Part shown: piece by piece, positions 1 through 7,973 of the stretch
Layout of the letters: the number at the start of each line of letters is the position of its first letter
How positions within the stretch are numbered: the first letter of the stretch is position 1
UHGV virus genome: UHGV-0384352
Origin: a virus
Length of the DNA stretch: 40,955 nt
Strand: one strand, 5' to 3'
Notes under the pieces: model-generated
Databases searched by the model: none
The model's input: only the letters and a program-made list of their open reading frames with translations
Told to the model about the DNA's origin: nothing
Made by a program: the position numbers and the translations under genes

Positions 1-616
1 GCGGAGCATAACCTGCGGCTCCTGGAGTTGCCGGCATGGCTGCTCCATACTGCGGCGTGGTTGCCTGTGGTACTGGTGTCCCAAAAGCCTGTGCGGCACT
101 TGGCGCGCTGCCTCCCAGGGAATCACTGTCTCTCAGCTTCTGTACCGGCCCCAGGCCGCAGCCAATCCCCTTCTTACCGCCAAAGGCATAAGGATAGAAA
201 GATACATTCACGCGCCCATACATACCGCTGTATACCTCTGACTGGTTGATAATGGGGTTCCCCATCTTATCAACTATCTCAGGCGGATAATCTGCCTTGG
301 CACTGGCCGTGAACACCCAATGGCCCTTGCACTCAGGCCCAAAGGTCACGCCATCGGATGGCCTCACGCCATCCCCGTCATAGACCGGCACTGGGACAAT
401 TGGCGGGCACTGTCCGTTCCACTTTTCGCTGATACCCCGCTGCTTCGCGGCCTCAATGGCCGCGTTAATCCTCCCCATGGTGTCCGTGTCCGTCTTCGGC
501 ACCAGTACGGTCACCTGGTATTTCTCCTCCTGCCCTGGCTGATAAGCATAGGGCTTGAACAGGTGTACATAAGACAGTCTTACTTCCCCGGTTGTTACGT
601 TTGTTAATTCATTCAT
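1..616 (-). CDS. DUF2815-family SSB-like phage protein (N-terminal 205 aa; gene runs off window start)
   Basis: Minus-strand ATG at 616 with a GAAAGGA RBS. Translation begins MNELTNVTTGEVRLSYVHLFKPY, which is the GxVRLSY N-terminus typical of DUF2815, a family that sits next to DUF2800 and PolA in phage replication modules. It ends in a low-complexity tail and is not in the ORF track because there is no stop before position 1. Confidence 0.6.
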   Translation of the reverse strand, partial: MNELTNVTTGEVRLSYVHLFKPYAYQPGQEEKYQVTVLVPKTDTDTMGRINAAIEAAKQRGISEKWNGQCPPIVPVPVYDGDGVRPSDGVTFGPECKGHWVFTASAKADYPPEIVDKMGNPIINQSEVYSGMYGRVNVSFYPYAFGGKKGIGCGLGPVQKLRDSDSLGGSAPSAAQAFGTPVPQATTPQYGAAMPATPGAAGYAP

Positions 617-641
617 AATAAAATATCCTTTCATCTTTATA

Positions 642-670
642 TTGTGGGCTCCGTCCCCTTGGTTTATAAT
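642..670 (+). promoter_or_regulatory. Sigma70-like promoter TTGTGG-17nt-TATAAT driving the plus-strand small gene
   Basis: -35 TTGTGG at 642-647, a 17-nt spacer, and a perfect -10 TATAAT at 665-670. An AAGGAGG RBS at 678-684 and ATG at 692 follow. Confidence 0.5.
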
Positions 671-691
671 CAAGGAAAAGGAGGCGTTTTT

Positions 692-982
692 ATGAGACAA
701 ATTGATAAGCTTCTACAAACCCTTGGCGAACCGTATGATATCCGGGGGTTTGATGGTGAGGACTGCATCCACAGGAAATTTGGAAACTACGAATTTGAGG
801 TTTCTGGTACGGGCCGCAGACATTGTGTTCTGTATGTATGGACAGTCTCACCCAGGGTAGTGGTAGCGATATATAAGAATATCCCAACCGAACACATCAA
901 GGATGTCCTGGGCTATTATGCTTCCATATACCAAAACATTCCGGACCAAATCCAGGTCGAACGCCAAGATATAAAAGTATGA
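692..982 (+). CDS. Hypothetical 96-aa protein, opposite strand to the early operon, with its own promoter
   Basis: ATG at 692 sits 7 nt after an AAGGAGG RBS, with a consensus promoter upstream. Amino-acid composition is balanced. It corresponds to the internal Met of track ORF 644..982. Confidence 0.5.
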   Translation: MRQIDKLLQTLGEPYDIRGFDGEDCIHRKFGNYEFEVSGTGRRHCVLYVWTVSPRVVVAIYKNIPTEHIKDVLGYYASIYQNIPDQIQVERQDIKV

Positions 983-1127
983 CTCCCAAATCCCTTCTGG
1001 AAAGTTTCCTTTCTTCGATGACCCGGTCAAGTTCTTCAATGTCTCGAGGGTCATCCGTTTTTAATTCAAATCTTCTGAGCTCGCCCAGTGTACGGCTGCG
1101 GGGCGGGCTTGTCTTAACCTCATCCAC
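897..1127 (-). CDS. Hypothetical small protein (GTG start) between the DUF2800 and DUF2815 genes
   Basis: GTG at 1127 lies 7 nt after GGAGGAGGG, directly after the DUF2800 stop. The C-terminal 28 codons overlap the 3' end of the plus-strand gene 692..982, so one of the two calls may be wrong. Confidence 0.3.
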   Translation of the reverse strand: MDEVKTSPPRSRTLGELRRFELKTDDPRDIEELDRVIEERKLSRRDLGVILLYLGVRPGFGPECFGIWKHNSPGHP

Positions 1128-1129
1128 AA

Positions 1130-2320
1130 TTAGCCCTCCTCCCTGAACGCCTCCGCGGCGCTCACTTTATTAGTGATTGCTGGCCGTTTATCTGTTTCTT
1201 CTACTAATGCCGGCTTCCCTGGGTTCTTGACGACCAATCCACCCACAAGTTCCTGGAAGTCCTTCTTACCTACCACCTTCTCGACCTGGGCCAGCGAAAG
1301 TGGCTTACGCTCCCACAGGATAGTGTCTGATATGCCATTCGATGTAAGCGTACTGAATGCCTTATCCATGTCGGTCCAGTCCCTGGAGCCGCGTCCCTCC
1401 ACAGCCTTCCAACCGGGCACTTCCTTCCCGGCCAGGCAGTCCGCCAGGGCAACATCCTGGGCATCACTGTACCATTTGGCAATGTCCTTACCTTTCATAA
1501 GGTACTGGCCCAGTTCTTCATTTGTGAGGAGTTTTGGGTCTGTCCCCACCAGAAAGGCCAGTTCCACGTTCTTCTCCGCACGGGCCTTGCATCTTCCTCT
1601 GGCCCTGCAGTACCTGCATGTCTTTGGGGCGGGTGCGAATTCACCTTCACCCTTAATGGCCAGTGCTGCCCGTTCCTTGACGAATTCCCCGAACTGCAGC
1701 ATCTCATCCAGGGTACACTCCCATTCAGATATGCCGTCCGAAAGCCGTGGCTGCACGATGGACAGCCTCACTGTCTTAAACGTATAAAGGATTCTATACA
1801 TCTCATATGCACCCAGGGCATACAGCAGCATCTGCGGGTTCCATTCGGCCGTCACGCGTCCGTCCGGGCTCTTGCCATACTTGAAGTCAATGACATGTAA
1901 TACATCGCCCCCTATCAGGATGCAGTCCGCCGTCCCAAATCCCTCCGGTACGTATGTACTTAGATCCACCCGTTTTTCAATCGCCACATAAGGGCTGGAA
2001 GGATACTTCATGGCCACAGCCTTGATATAGTCCAGGTAATCATCCGTATAGCCTGTCATCTCGTCATCCCACAGTTCTTCTTTCTTCAGCTTGTTGACAG
2101 CCGCCGTCAGCTTCCGTTTCCCAAAATCAACTGAGTAGAAGTAATTTCTCACTTTAAGTTCCGCCAGCTCATGGGCCAATGTCCCCTCCTCCGCTGCAGT
2201 CCCGGAGGGATTGTCCGGGAACTGCTCTTGGAGCCTGGCGCTGGGGGTACAGGCCATCCACTGATAAGCGCCCGAAGCACTTAGGAGTGCGTGGGCCCTT
2301 TCTGCGTGTCCCCCCATCAT
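1130..2320 (-). CDS. DUF2800-family PD-(D/E)XK nuclease (Cas4/RecB-like) with C-terminal Cys cluster
   Basis: 396 aa. The motifs GTADCILIGGDVLHVIDFKYGK (D...D/ExK nuclease core) and CRYCRARGRCKARAEKN (Cys cluster) are both present. The gene sits in a replication module with DUF2815 and PolA. Confidence 0.75.
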   Translation of the reverse strand: MMGGHAERAHALLSASGAYQWMACTPSARLQEQFPDNPSGTAAEEGTLAHELAELKVRNYFYSVDFGKRKLTAAVNKLKKEELWDDEMTGYTDDYLDYIKAVAMKYPSSPYVAIEKRVDLSTYVPEGFGTADCILIGGDVLHVIDFKYGKSPDGRVTAEWNPQMLLYALGAYEMYRILYTFKTVRLSIVQPRLSDGISEWECTLDEMLQFGEFVKERAALAIKGEGEFAPAPKTCRYCRARGRCKARAEKNVELAFLVGTDPKLLTNEELGQYLMKGKDIAKWYSDAQDVALADCLAGKEVPGWKAVEGRGSRDWTDMDKAFSTLTSNGISDTILWERKPLSLAQVEKVVGKKDFQELVGGLVVKNPGKPALVEETDKRPAITNKVSAAEAFREEG

Positions 2321-2766
2321 ATCTGTGCCCCCAGTCCACGGAGCGCGGTTGCAAACGCACCATACTGCTCCGGCTGCAGGAACGGCAGCGCCTCCACCCC
2401 GAAGCTCCGGATAAGCTGCAGCAGCTCCGGCTGCTTGCCTGAGTCCATAAGTGGAATGGCTGCCATCATCAGGTCATCCAGCGTGTAGCTTGGCGTGGTA
2501 GTGGCCACAGGCTGAACCGGAGGGGTTACTGTGGCTGCGGGGGCAGGCTGCTGGACCGGCGGAGCCACAGGGGCAGGTTGCTGGACCGGCGGGGTGACAG
2601 GCACCTGCAGGCTGGATGCCGTCGTAAAGGTTTCCGGGGTAATCCCCAGTATGCTCTCCGCCGTGGGCCTCTGGGATGCGTTGTCGCTGGAAACAGCCTG
2701 TCCCATCACCTTTTTTGCAAAGTTCATCATGTCCTCATAATCTTCAAATACTACTGTCATAGTCAT
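2317..2766 (-). CDS. Hypothetical early protein with Pro/Gln-rich repeat linker
   Basis: AAGGAGGA RBS, then ATGACTATG (MTMTVVFEDYED...). The middle of the protein carries PVQQPAP repeats. There is a 4-nt overlap with the DUF2800 gene start. Confidence 0.5.
   Translation of the reverse strand: MTMTVVFEDYEDMMNFAKKVMGQAVSSDNASQRPTAESILGITPETFTTASSLQVPVTPPVQQPAPVAPPVQQPAPAATVTPPVQPVATTTPSYTLDDLMMAAIPLMDSGKQPELLQLIRSFGVEALPFLQPEQYGAFATALRGLGAQI
2531..2600. repeat. Tandem direct repeat (~30 nt x2, GGGGCAGGYTGCTGGACCGGCGGRG) encoding the PVQQPAP repeats
   Basis: Two near-identical units are directly visible in the sequence. Confidence 0.6.
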
Positions 2767-2823
2767 AGTCTTAATCCTCCTTGATTTTTCCGCCATAATC
2801 CCTTATACTAAGGGTGTGCTAAA

Positions 2824-3039
2824 CTATTTGTCCATGGGCCTCTTGCGGTTGCCGCCGCTGGGGTCCATCTCTTTATAATCTTTCAAAACATTAACCCATG
2901 CATCAGCAGGTAAAGCGGGGTCATTGATTGCGCGTCCTATACCGTTAATAATGCAGGCGGAAGCATATTCTTCTCCATATTCCGCACACCATTCATGTAG
3001 CAGGTCCACAATGGCCTCTAAGTCATCCTTCTTTTTCAT
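2824..3039 (-). CDS. Hypothetical early protein (71 aa)
   Basis: A track ORF that packs tightly in the minus-strand early operon. No recognisable motif. Confidence 0.4.
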   Translation of the reverse strand: MKKKDDLEAIVDLLHEWCAEYGEEYASACIINGIGRAINDPALPADAWVNVLKDYKEMDPSGGNRKRPMDK

Positions 3040-3054
3040 TGTCCTAACACCCTC

Positions 3055-3216
3055 CTACTCTTTGTCATATACCAGCCTCAGTGTGTTACCGATATCGTCC
3101 TCTATCATGGCCTCGTTGCCATCCATGCCCAACTTGATATACCGCATGTCCAGCCCGATAGAACGGCACCAATCCCTGACCGCCAGCTCCGCAATGCTCT
3201 TTATGCTTCCAAACAT
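3055..3216 (-). CDS. Hypothetical small protein (53 aa, MFGSIKSIAELAVRDW...)
   Basis: ATG is preceded by GGAGATGAGGAGAAATG. It fills the gap between two other ORFs and is shorter than the track cutoff. Confidence 0.3.
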   Translation of the reverse strand: MFGSIKSIAELAVRDWCRSIGLDMRYIKLGMDGNEAMIEDDIGNTLRLVYDKE

Positions 3217-3233
3217 TTCTCCTCATCTCCCTT

Positions 3234-3458
3234 CTATGCAAATATCAGCTCATACTTTGGTTGCTCGCTCTTGTACCCAACCATCGCGTAGAAATAACCA
3301 CAGTCGTGATACAATTTAGGAATCTTGTCATCATCGTCGGCACAGCCAAAGCCGCTTGAACATTCTTCATTATGCTTATACTGTTCCCAAAGAGCATCTG
3401 CCAGAAGGCTGGACACTTCCCTACTCCTTGTTAAAAACACTTTATATGTTTTCATCAT
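3234..3458 (-). CDS. Hypothetical early protein (74 aa)
   Basis: A track ORF that fits the operon spacing. Confidence 0.4.
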   Translation of the reverse strand: MMKTYKVFLTRSREVSSLLADALWEQYKHNEECSSGFGCADDDDKIPKLYHDCGYFYAMVGYKSEQPKYELIFA

Positions 3459-3467
3459 ATTCTCCTC

Positions 3468-3734
3468 TCATAGTCTTACACCCATGGACAGCGCCATAAT
3501 CCACCCAGTTGCCACCACCATCCCGCCCATCAGGATGACCGCCGGCACAATCCACTTAGCTGCCCTCATAATTGGGCCGTCCCGGCGTCTCCTGCGGCGC
3601 CGCACCTCAATTACCCGCTGCCTGCCCATAACATGGGTCAGCACTATGGTGGCCGGTCCTACAAAATCCACACGCCAGCCAGGATACTGGACCGCTGCTT
3701 TGGCGCGGATGGCTAACTCAGTTACTTTTGTCAT
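3468..3734 (-). CDS. Hypothetical small membrane protein (88 aa)
   Basis: Contains an Arg-rich stretch followed by a hydrophobic C-terminal segment that is probably a transmembrane helix. Confidence 0.4.
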   Translation of the reverse strand: MTKVTELAIRAKAAVQYPGWRVDFVGPATIVLTHVMGRQRVIEVRRRRRRRDGPIMRAAKWIVPAVILMGGMVVATGWIMALSMGVRL

Positions 3735-3930
3735 TGGCTTGTCCTCCTTCCTGCGGTATCTCTAAGCCCGTCCGCTCCTCAAAATATTTCCTTGACACCA
3801 TGCCGGGACGGGTTAAAAATCCTTTTTCTTTAAGCTCCTGATTTAGTTTCCCGATGACCTTGTATGCATGGCTCCTGGAGTATGACAAGACGTTGGCGAC
3901 ATCATCGGCTGTCATTAATGGATCTGCCAT
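3718..3930 (-). CDS. HTH DNA-binding protein, excisionase/AlpA-like (HTH_17-type)
   Basis: MTADDVANVLSYSRSHAYKVIGKLNQEL is a typical Xis/HTH_17 N-terminus. Confidence 0.5.
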   Translation of the reverse strand: MADPLMTADDVANVLSYSRSHAYKVIGKLNQELKEKGFLTRPGMVSRKYFEERTGLEIPQEGGQANDKSN

Positions 3931-3945
3931 GGATTTTCCTCCCTT

Positions 3946-4788
3946 CTACGCTACCCCGTATTTGATGGCCATTTCTTTTACGATGGCGGTATAACCCTCA
4001 ATCAGTTTCTTATCCTCCGCTATGATATCCACCTGTGATAACTTGCCCCTCTTGGATTTACACACGCCCTCGTCCGCCATTCGTCTGCGTTTATTGGTAA
4101 GACGCTGTTTCAGGCTTACGCCCATTCGCTTTTCCAAGAGCTCGTAACTTTCTGCCCGTACCTGCTGAAAGGCTGTCCCGCCACCCAACTCCTGAGCTAT
4201 CTTATTGATTAAGTTCCGTGTATCATCCCGCCACGATGTGGTGTCCAGTGATACTACGTCCCGGATGCTTTCTATCCGGTCAGCATTTTTCCGGTTGGCT
4301 TCCTTAACTTCTGCCAATACTGCCGCCTGTCGCTTCTGTTCCATTTCCATGTTAATAAGAAGGCGGAGCTCTGGAGACAGGTTATCCATCTTTACTTTTT
4401 CGTCCCGGAGCTCGAAATACTCATCCATCAGTTTATCGTGAACTTCCCAAGCAAGGTCCGTATCCATTATCTTAATCAGCTTCGCATAACCACGTTCTGA
4501 TAATATGTAGATGTGTTCGGCCTGAATTATCTGCTGCTTACTATATCCTAGCGAAATCAAGAGGTCGTCATATGGTGACGGGCTTTTTAAGTCCATTAAA
4601 TCAATCCCCTCTTTAAATCTGGATGTGTTCCTCCCCACTGCCTTTCTTACGTCGCTACTGGTTATCCCATGTATCTCAGCGGCGGTTTTATCCGAAATGC
4701 ACTTCTTTCCATCTCCAAATCCTCCGAGCACTACCGGAATATCCAATCCCATGAACTTCTGTTTTCCTGCTACCGTAATCTCTTTCAT
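3946..4788 (-). CDS. Phage antirepressor-like protein (ORF6N-type N-terminal domain + KilAC-like C-terminal domain)
   Basis: AAGGAGGA RBS, then ATG (MKEITVAGKQKF...). The segment KCISDKTAAEIHGITSSDVRKAVGRNTSRFKEGIDLMDL matches the ORF6N pattern. The gene lies next to the Cro-like gene. Confidence 0.6.
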   Translation of the reverse strand: MKEITVAGKQKFMGLDIPVVLGGFGDGKKCISDKTAAEIHGITSSDVRKAVGRNTSRFKEGIDLMDLKSPSPYDDLLISLGYSKQQIIQAEHIYILSERGYAKLIKIMDTDLAWEVHDKLMDEYFELRDEKVKMDNLSPELRLLINMEMEQKRQAAVLAEVKEANRKNADRIESIRDVVSLDTTSWRDDTRNLINKIAQELGGGTAFQQVRAESYELLEKRMGVSLKQRLTNKRRRMADEGVCKSKRGKLSQVDIIAEDKKLIEGYTAIVKEMAIKYGVA

Positions 4789-4825
4789 TTTATGTATCCT
4801 CCTTATGTTGTTGAGTTGTCGCTTA

Positions 4826-5044
4826 TCATGCGACATATTGGCTAAAAAAAATATTTACAGCCTCCTCTTTATTCAGTCTTAACGACTTTACAATTAAATC
4901 TGCTTCCTTAATAGAAAAATTCTCCCCTCCTGCTTTTATTTTTCTGTACATAGTAGCGCGATCCATGCCTATTTCTGCAGCTAATCGTTCAAGGGTTACT
5001 CCATTCTCTACGACTTTCCCCTTGAGCTTATTAATATTAACCAC
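4826..5044 (-). CDS. Cro-like small HTH regulator
   Basis: GTG start sits after AAAGGAGGGG. The helix LERLAAEIGMDRATMYRKI is present. The gene is transcribed divergently from the repressor gene. Confidence 0.55.
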   Translation of the reverse strand: MVNINKLKGKVVENGVTLERLAAEIGMDRATMYRKIKAGGENFSIKEADLIVKSLRLNKEEAVNIFFSQYVA

Positions 5045-5053
5045 TCTATCACC

Positions 5054-5200
5054 CCTCCTTTCTTTGTCGCATATCATGCGATTTTCTTTATGCTAACACA
5101 GTATTCTCCTGAAGTCAACACCATATTCGCATATTGTGCGATTATTTTTTGTTTTTTCGTTTTTATGTGTTGCAAATATGCGATTTATATGTTAATATTG
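5054..5200. promoter_or_regulatory. Genetic-switch region: divergent promoters and three TCGCAT-N3-ATGCGA-like operators
   Basis: Three operator-like sites: O1 5067-5081 TCGCATATCATGCGA, O2 5127-5141 TCGCATATTGTGCGA, and O3 ~5170-5183 TTGCAAATATGCGA. The plus-strand promoter is TTGCAA(5170)-17-TAATAT(5193). The minus-strand promoter is TTGACT (rc of 5113-5118)-17-TAGCAT. Confidence 0.5.
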
Positions 5201-5228
5201 TCGTATCATATATGAGGCGGTGGAAATT

Positions 5229-5801
5229 ATGACAGTAGGAGATCGCATAAAGCAGCGTAGACTAGAGTTAGGGCTATCTGTCGATGATTTGGCTAGTAAA
5301 CTAAATAAGAATCGGGCTACGGTTTATAGATATGAAAGCAACGACATAGAAAACTTTCCCACATCTACCTTGGAGCCCTTAGCCAAAGCTCTTGGTACAA
5401 CGCCTGCTTATCTCATGGGTTGGGAAGAGCAAACTTCCTTTACAAAAGAGGACTCCTTCAATTATTTTCTTGAAATGCAGCTCCGACTTATGGGCTATGA
5501 GATTATTTATGAAGAAGAGGATTTCTATACAATCTTACGATATGAGGGCCATGAGTATGAAATTGATGACAAAGATATTAATGAGCTTTCCTCTGCCACC
5601 AAATCTTTTGTTGATTTCAAACTCCATGAAATAATGAAACATTCTCGTTTAATTGGAGGAAAGAAAAAAGTAACACGTCTTTCGAGTAAGGCCTATCTGG
5701 AGCCTCAGGCCGCGCACGAACGTACCGATATAGAAGTAACCGATGAAATGCGCAAACACGATGATGACCTAATGGATAATGATGACTTATGGGATAAATA
5801 A
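5229..5801 (+). CDS. XRE-family HTH repressor (cI/ImmR-like, no S24 peptidase domain)
   Basis: The N-terminus RIKQRRLELGLSVDDLASKLNKNRATVYRYE is a classic XRE helix-turn-helix. The ~125-aa C-terminal domain lacks a Ser-Lys dyad. RBS GAGGCGG lies before ATG 5229. Confidence 0.75.
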   Translation: MTVGDRIKQRRLELGLSVDDLASKLNKNRATVYRYESNDIENFPTSTLEPLAKALGTTPAYLMGWEEQTSFTKEDSFNYFLEMQLRLMGYEIIYEEEDFYTILRYEGHEYEIDDKDINELSSATKSFVDFKLHEIMKHSRLIGGKKKVTRLSSKAYLEPQAAHERTDIEVTDEMRKHDDDLMDNDDLWDK

Positions 5802-5814
5802 GGGGTGTTGACTC

Positions 5815-6306
5815 TTGAACTACTACGAGACATTGATTGATGGGGCTACTTATGATGGATTTATAGTAAAGGAACTTCCCTTAAAATCTGGAGATGGACG
5901 CTGTAGAGGACATCGCATCGCTATCCGCCAAGATATACCAACACTAAAGAAAAAGGCCGATGCTTTGGCCGAAGAAATAGCACATGGAAAGATAACCGTT
6001 GGTGATATAAGCGACCAAACAAAACCCGCGAACCGCCGTCAGGAGCGCTTGGCTCGTTTAATGGCTTATGAAATCCGATTTCCACTAATGGATATCGTGA
6101 ACGCTTGCAAAGCACGCTGTACAAATACTTATGAGATATCAGAGTACCTTGATGTATCAGAGGATACCATAAAAGAGGCCTTGGAGTTTTATAGGCAGAA
6201 ATATGGCCAAAGTACAACTGTCGGCGATTATATAATCCAGTTTGAGCCTTATTTGCTCGTATATGAATATATAATCCCAAATGGCGAAAACAGTTTTCTT
6301 AGATAG
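5815..6306 (+). CDS. ImmA/IrrE-like (M78/DUF955-like) protein with variant HEXXH (LAEEIAHG)
   Basis: 163 aa. The gene sits directly after the repressor and before int, matching the ICEBs1 immR-immA-int order. The segments KADALAEEIAHG and QERLARLMAYEIRFPL resemble the ImmA motif region, but the first His is replaced by Glu. Confidence 0.4.
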   Translation: MNYYETLIDGATYDGFIVKELPLKSGDGRCRGHRIAIRQDIPTLKKKADALAEEIAHGKITVGDISDQTKPANRRQERLARLMAYEIRFPLMDIVNACKARCTNTYEISEYLDVSEDTIKEALEFYRQKYGQSTTVGDYIIQFEPYLLVYEYIIPNGENSFLR

Positions 6307-6456
6307 CAAAAAGCGGCTCGTACTGGAATACGAACCGCCTCTCACATAGATTTCTCTTACCGGGCTACCCCAGAAAGATAATCCAAACATAGACACTTGG
6401 ATTATATCATTCCTGGAGCGTCCTGGCAAGGGGCGTGTTTTTTATACCCAAAAATC

Positions 6457-6474
6457 AGTTGCGACGTCGCAACT
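6457..6474. repeat. 18-bp perfect palindrome AGTTGCGACGTCGCAACT 20 nt upstream of int RBS
   Basis: Self-complementary sequence. It belongs to the TTGCGAYRTCGCAA family seen at ~9880, ~24663 and ~25056. Confidence 0.6.
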
Positions 6475-6493
6475 CCCGGAAAGGAATGATATA

Positions 6494-7546
6494 ATGCCGT
6501 CATATTACGATGAAAAACAAAAAACCTATTACTGCAAATTCTACTACAAAGACTGGACAGGCCAGCGCCGCCAGAAGCTGAAACGAGGCTTTACCAAAAA
6601 GGGGGATGCCAAGGATTGGGAGAGGGACTTTCTGTCAAAACACGCAGGGAGTCCAGATATGACCTTCCAGGCACTCTATGACCTTTATACAGAGGACATA
6701 AAGCACAGACTTAAACAGTCTACCATTCGTAATAAAAAGGGGCCCTGCGAGCGTCACATAGTCCCCTACTTTAAAGATAAGCCCCTCAATGAAATTACCC
6801 CCGCTGATATACGGCAATGGCAGGCTAAAATACTATCCAGCACCTTAAAAGACACTTACCAGCGCCAGATATATAACCAACTCAATGCTGTATTAAACTT
6901 TGCAGTACGGTACTACGGACTCCCGCGGAACCCGTGTGGCATCGCTGGTCCTATTGGAAAGGCCAGGGCCAGCAGAATGGACTTCTGGACGCTGGACGAG
7001 TTTAACCTGTTTATTGGCCAGATTAAAAGTCCCCATCTCTATGCCGCATTCAAGACCTTATATTATACAGGTATGCGTTGTGGTGAAATGTTTGCCCTAA
7101 ATCTTGAAGACGTGGAGCTGAATGCTGGGATTATCCATATATCCAAAACATATCACCGGGTTAACCGTCAGGATGTAATCACCACACCTAAAACAGCTAA
7201 CAGTGTGCGTGATATCACCATACCGCCGTTCCTGGTAGATTGCTTGTCAGACTATGCTGGGCGTATTTATGGAATAGAAACAGGGGAACGGCTTTTCAAG
7301 ACCACTCAGAGCAAACTAATCACAGCTATGAAAAAATACAGCAGCGCAGCAGGAATAAGGCGCATTCGCATACACGATTTGCGCCATAGCCATGTTTCAT
7401 TACTCATTGATATGGGCTTCTCCCCACTCTTAATTGCGGAACGGATTGGAGACACTGTTGATATGGTCAATAATATTTACGGCCATCTCTATCCTAATCG
7501 GCGTAATGAGGTTGCCGATAAATTACAGCAATTAGTATCAAAGTAG
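6494..7546 (+). CDS. int: Tyrosine integrase (phage integrase family)
   Basis: 350 aa. The N-terminus has a SAM-like fold. The C-terminus carries the motifs RIHDLRHSHVSLL and NIYGHLYP (catalytic Tyr). Confidence 0.9.
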   Translation: MPSYYDEKQKTYYCKFYYKDWTGQRRQKLKRGFTKKGDAKDWERDFLSKHAGSPDMTFQALYDLYTEDIKHRLKQSTIRNKKGPCERHIVPYFKDKPLNEITPADIRQWQAKILSSTLKDTYQRQIYNQLNAVLNFAVRYYGLPRNPCGIAGPIGKARASRMDFWTLDEFNLFIGQIKSPHLYAAFKTLYYTGMRCGEMFALNLEDVELNAGIIHISKTYHRVNRQDVITTPKTANSVRDITIPPFLVDCLSDYAGRIYGIETGERLFKTTQSKLITAMKKYSSAAGIRRIRIHDLRHSHVSLLIDMGFSPLLIAERIGDTVDMVNNIYGHLYPNRRNEVADKLQQLVSK

Positions 7547-7746
7547 TATCAACTATGCTTATAAAAAGCCTAATTATGCCGTATTTATTGGTATGTCAGA
7601 CTTTTTTCCCATAATCGTTCGACAATCGGCCTACACTTTATTTTATATATCTTTCATATTTATAGCGCTAATTTATATTGCCGCCATCCATTTTTTATGC
7701 TATTTATTTTCGTTATCAAAAATTCTAGTATCATTTAAGTATCAAA

Positions 7747-7796
7747 CAGGCGGGCCCGGTCACATCCGGTACCCGCCTGCATCATGATTTTTTCTT
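7747..7796 (+). terminator. Putative terminator downstream of int (CAGGCGGG...CCCGCCTG stem, then T-run)
   Basis: An 8-bp GC-rich inverted repeat has a long loop and is followed by ATTTTTTCTT, offset by 8 nt. This is not a textbook terminator. Confidence 0.3.
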
Positions 7797-7973
7797 GTTC
7801 ATAATCTGTTCACATTTGTTTGATATATTCCATGTTTGGAATCATGTGTCTATCTTTTCTTTAACCCCATTGTCAACCGGCACATGTTTTCTCATAAACG
7901 AGGCCGGCAGAAAACTGTCAGCCTCTCCTCTTTTTCAGAACATGCGCACCCGAACATTTGGTATCTGCCTCCC

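Noticed and set aside
1173-1787. Plus-strand track ORFs antisense to minus-strand genes (e.g. 1173..1787, 320..607, 12348..12860, 16985..17536, 18524..19063, 28598..29431, 33970..34704, 37898..38833)
   Set aside because: These lie opposite long, motif-bearing minus-strand genes. They have Ser/Pro/Arg-rich junk composition and no RBS, which is typical of antisense frames of GC-moderate coding DNA.
5815-6306. Active HEXXH zinc metalloprotease call for the 163-aa protein
   Set aside because: The first His of the motif is Glu (EEIAH). It is kept only as ImmA-like with uncertain activity.
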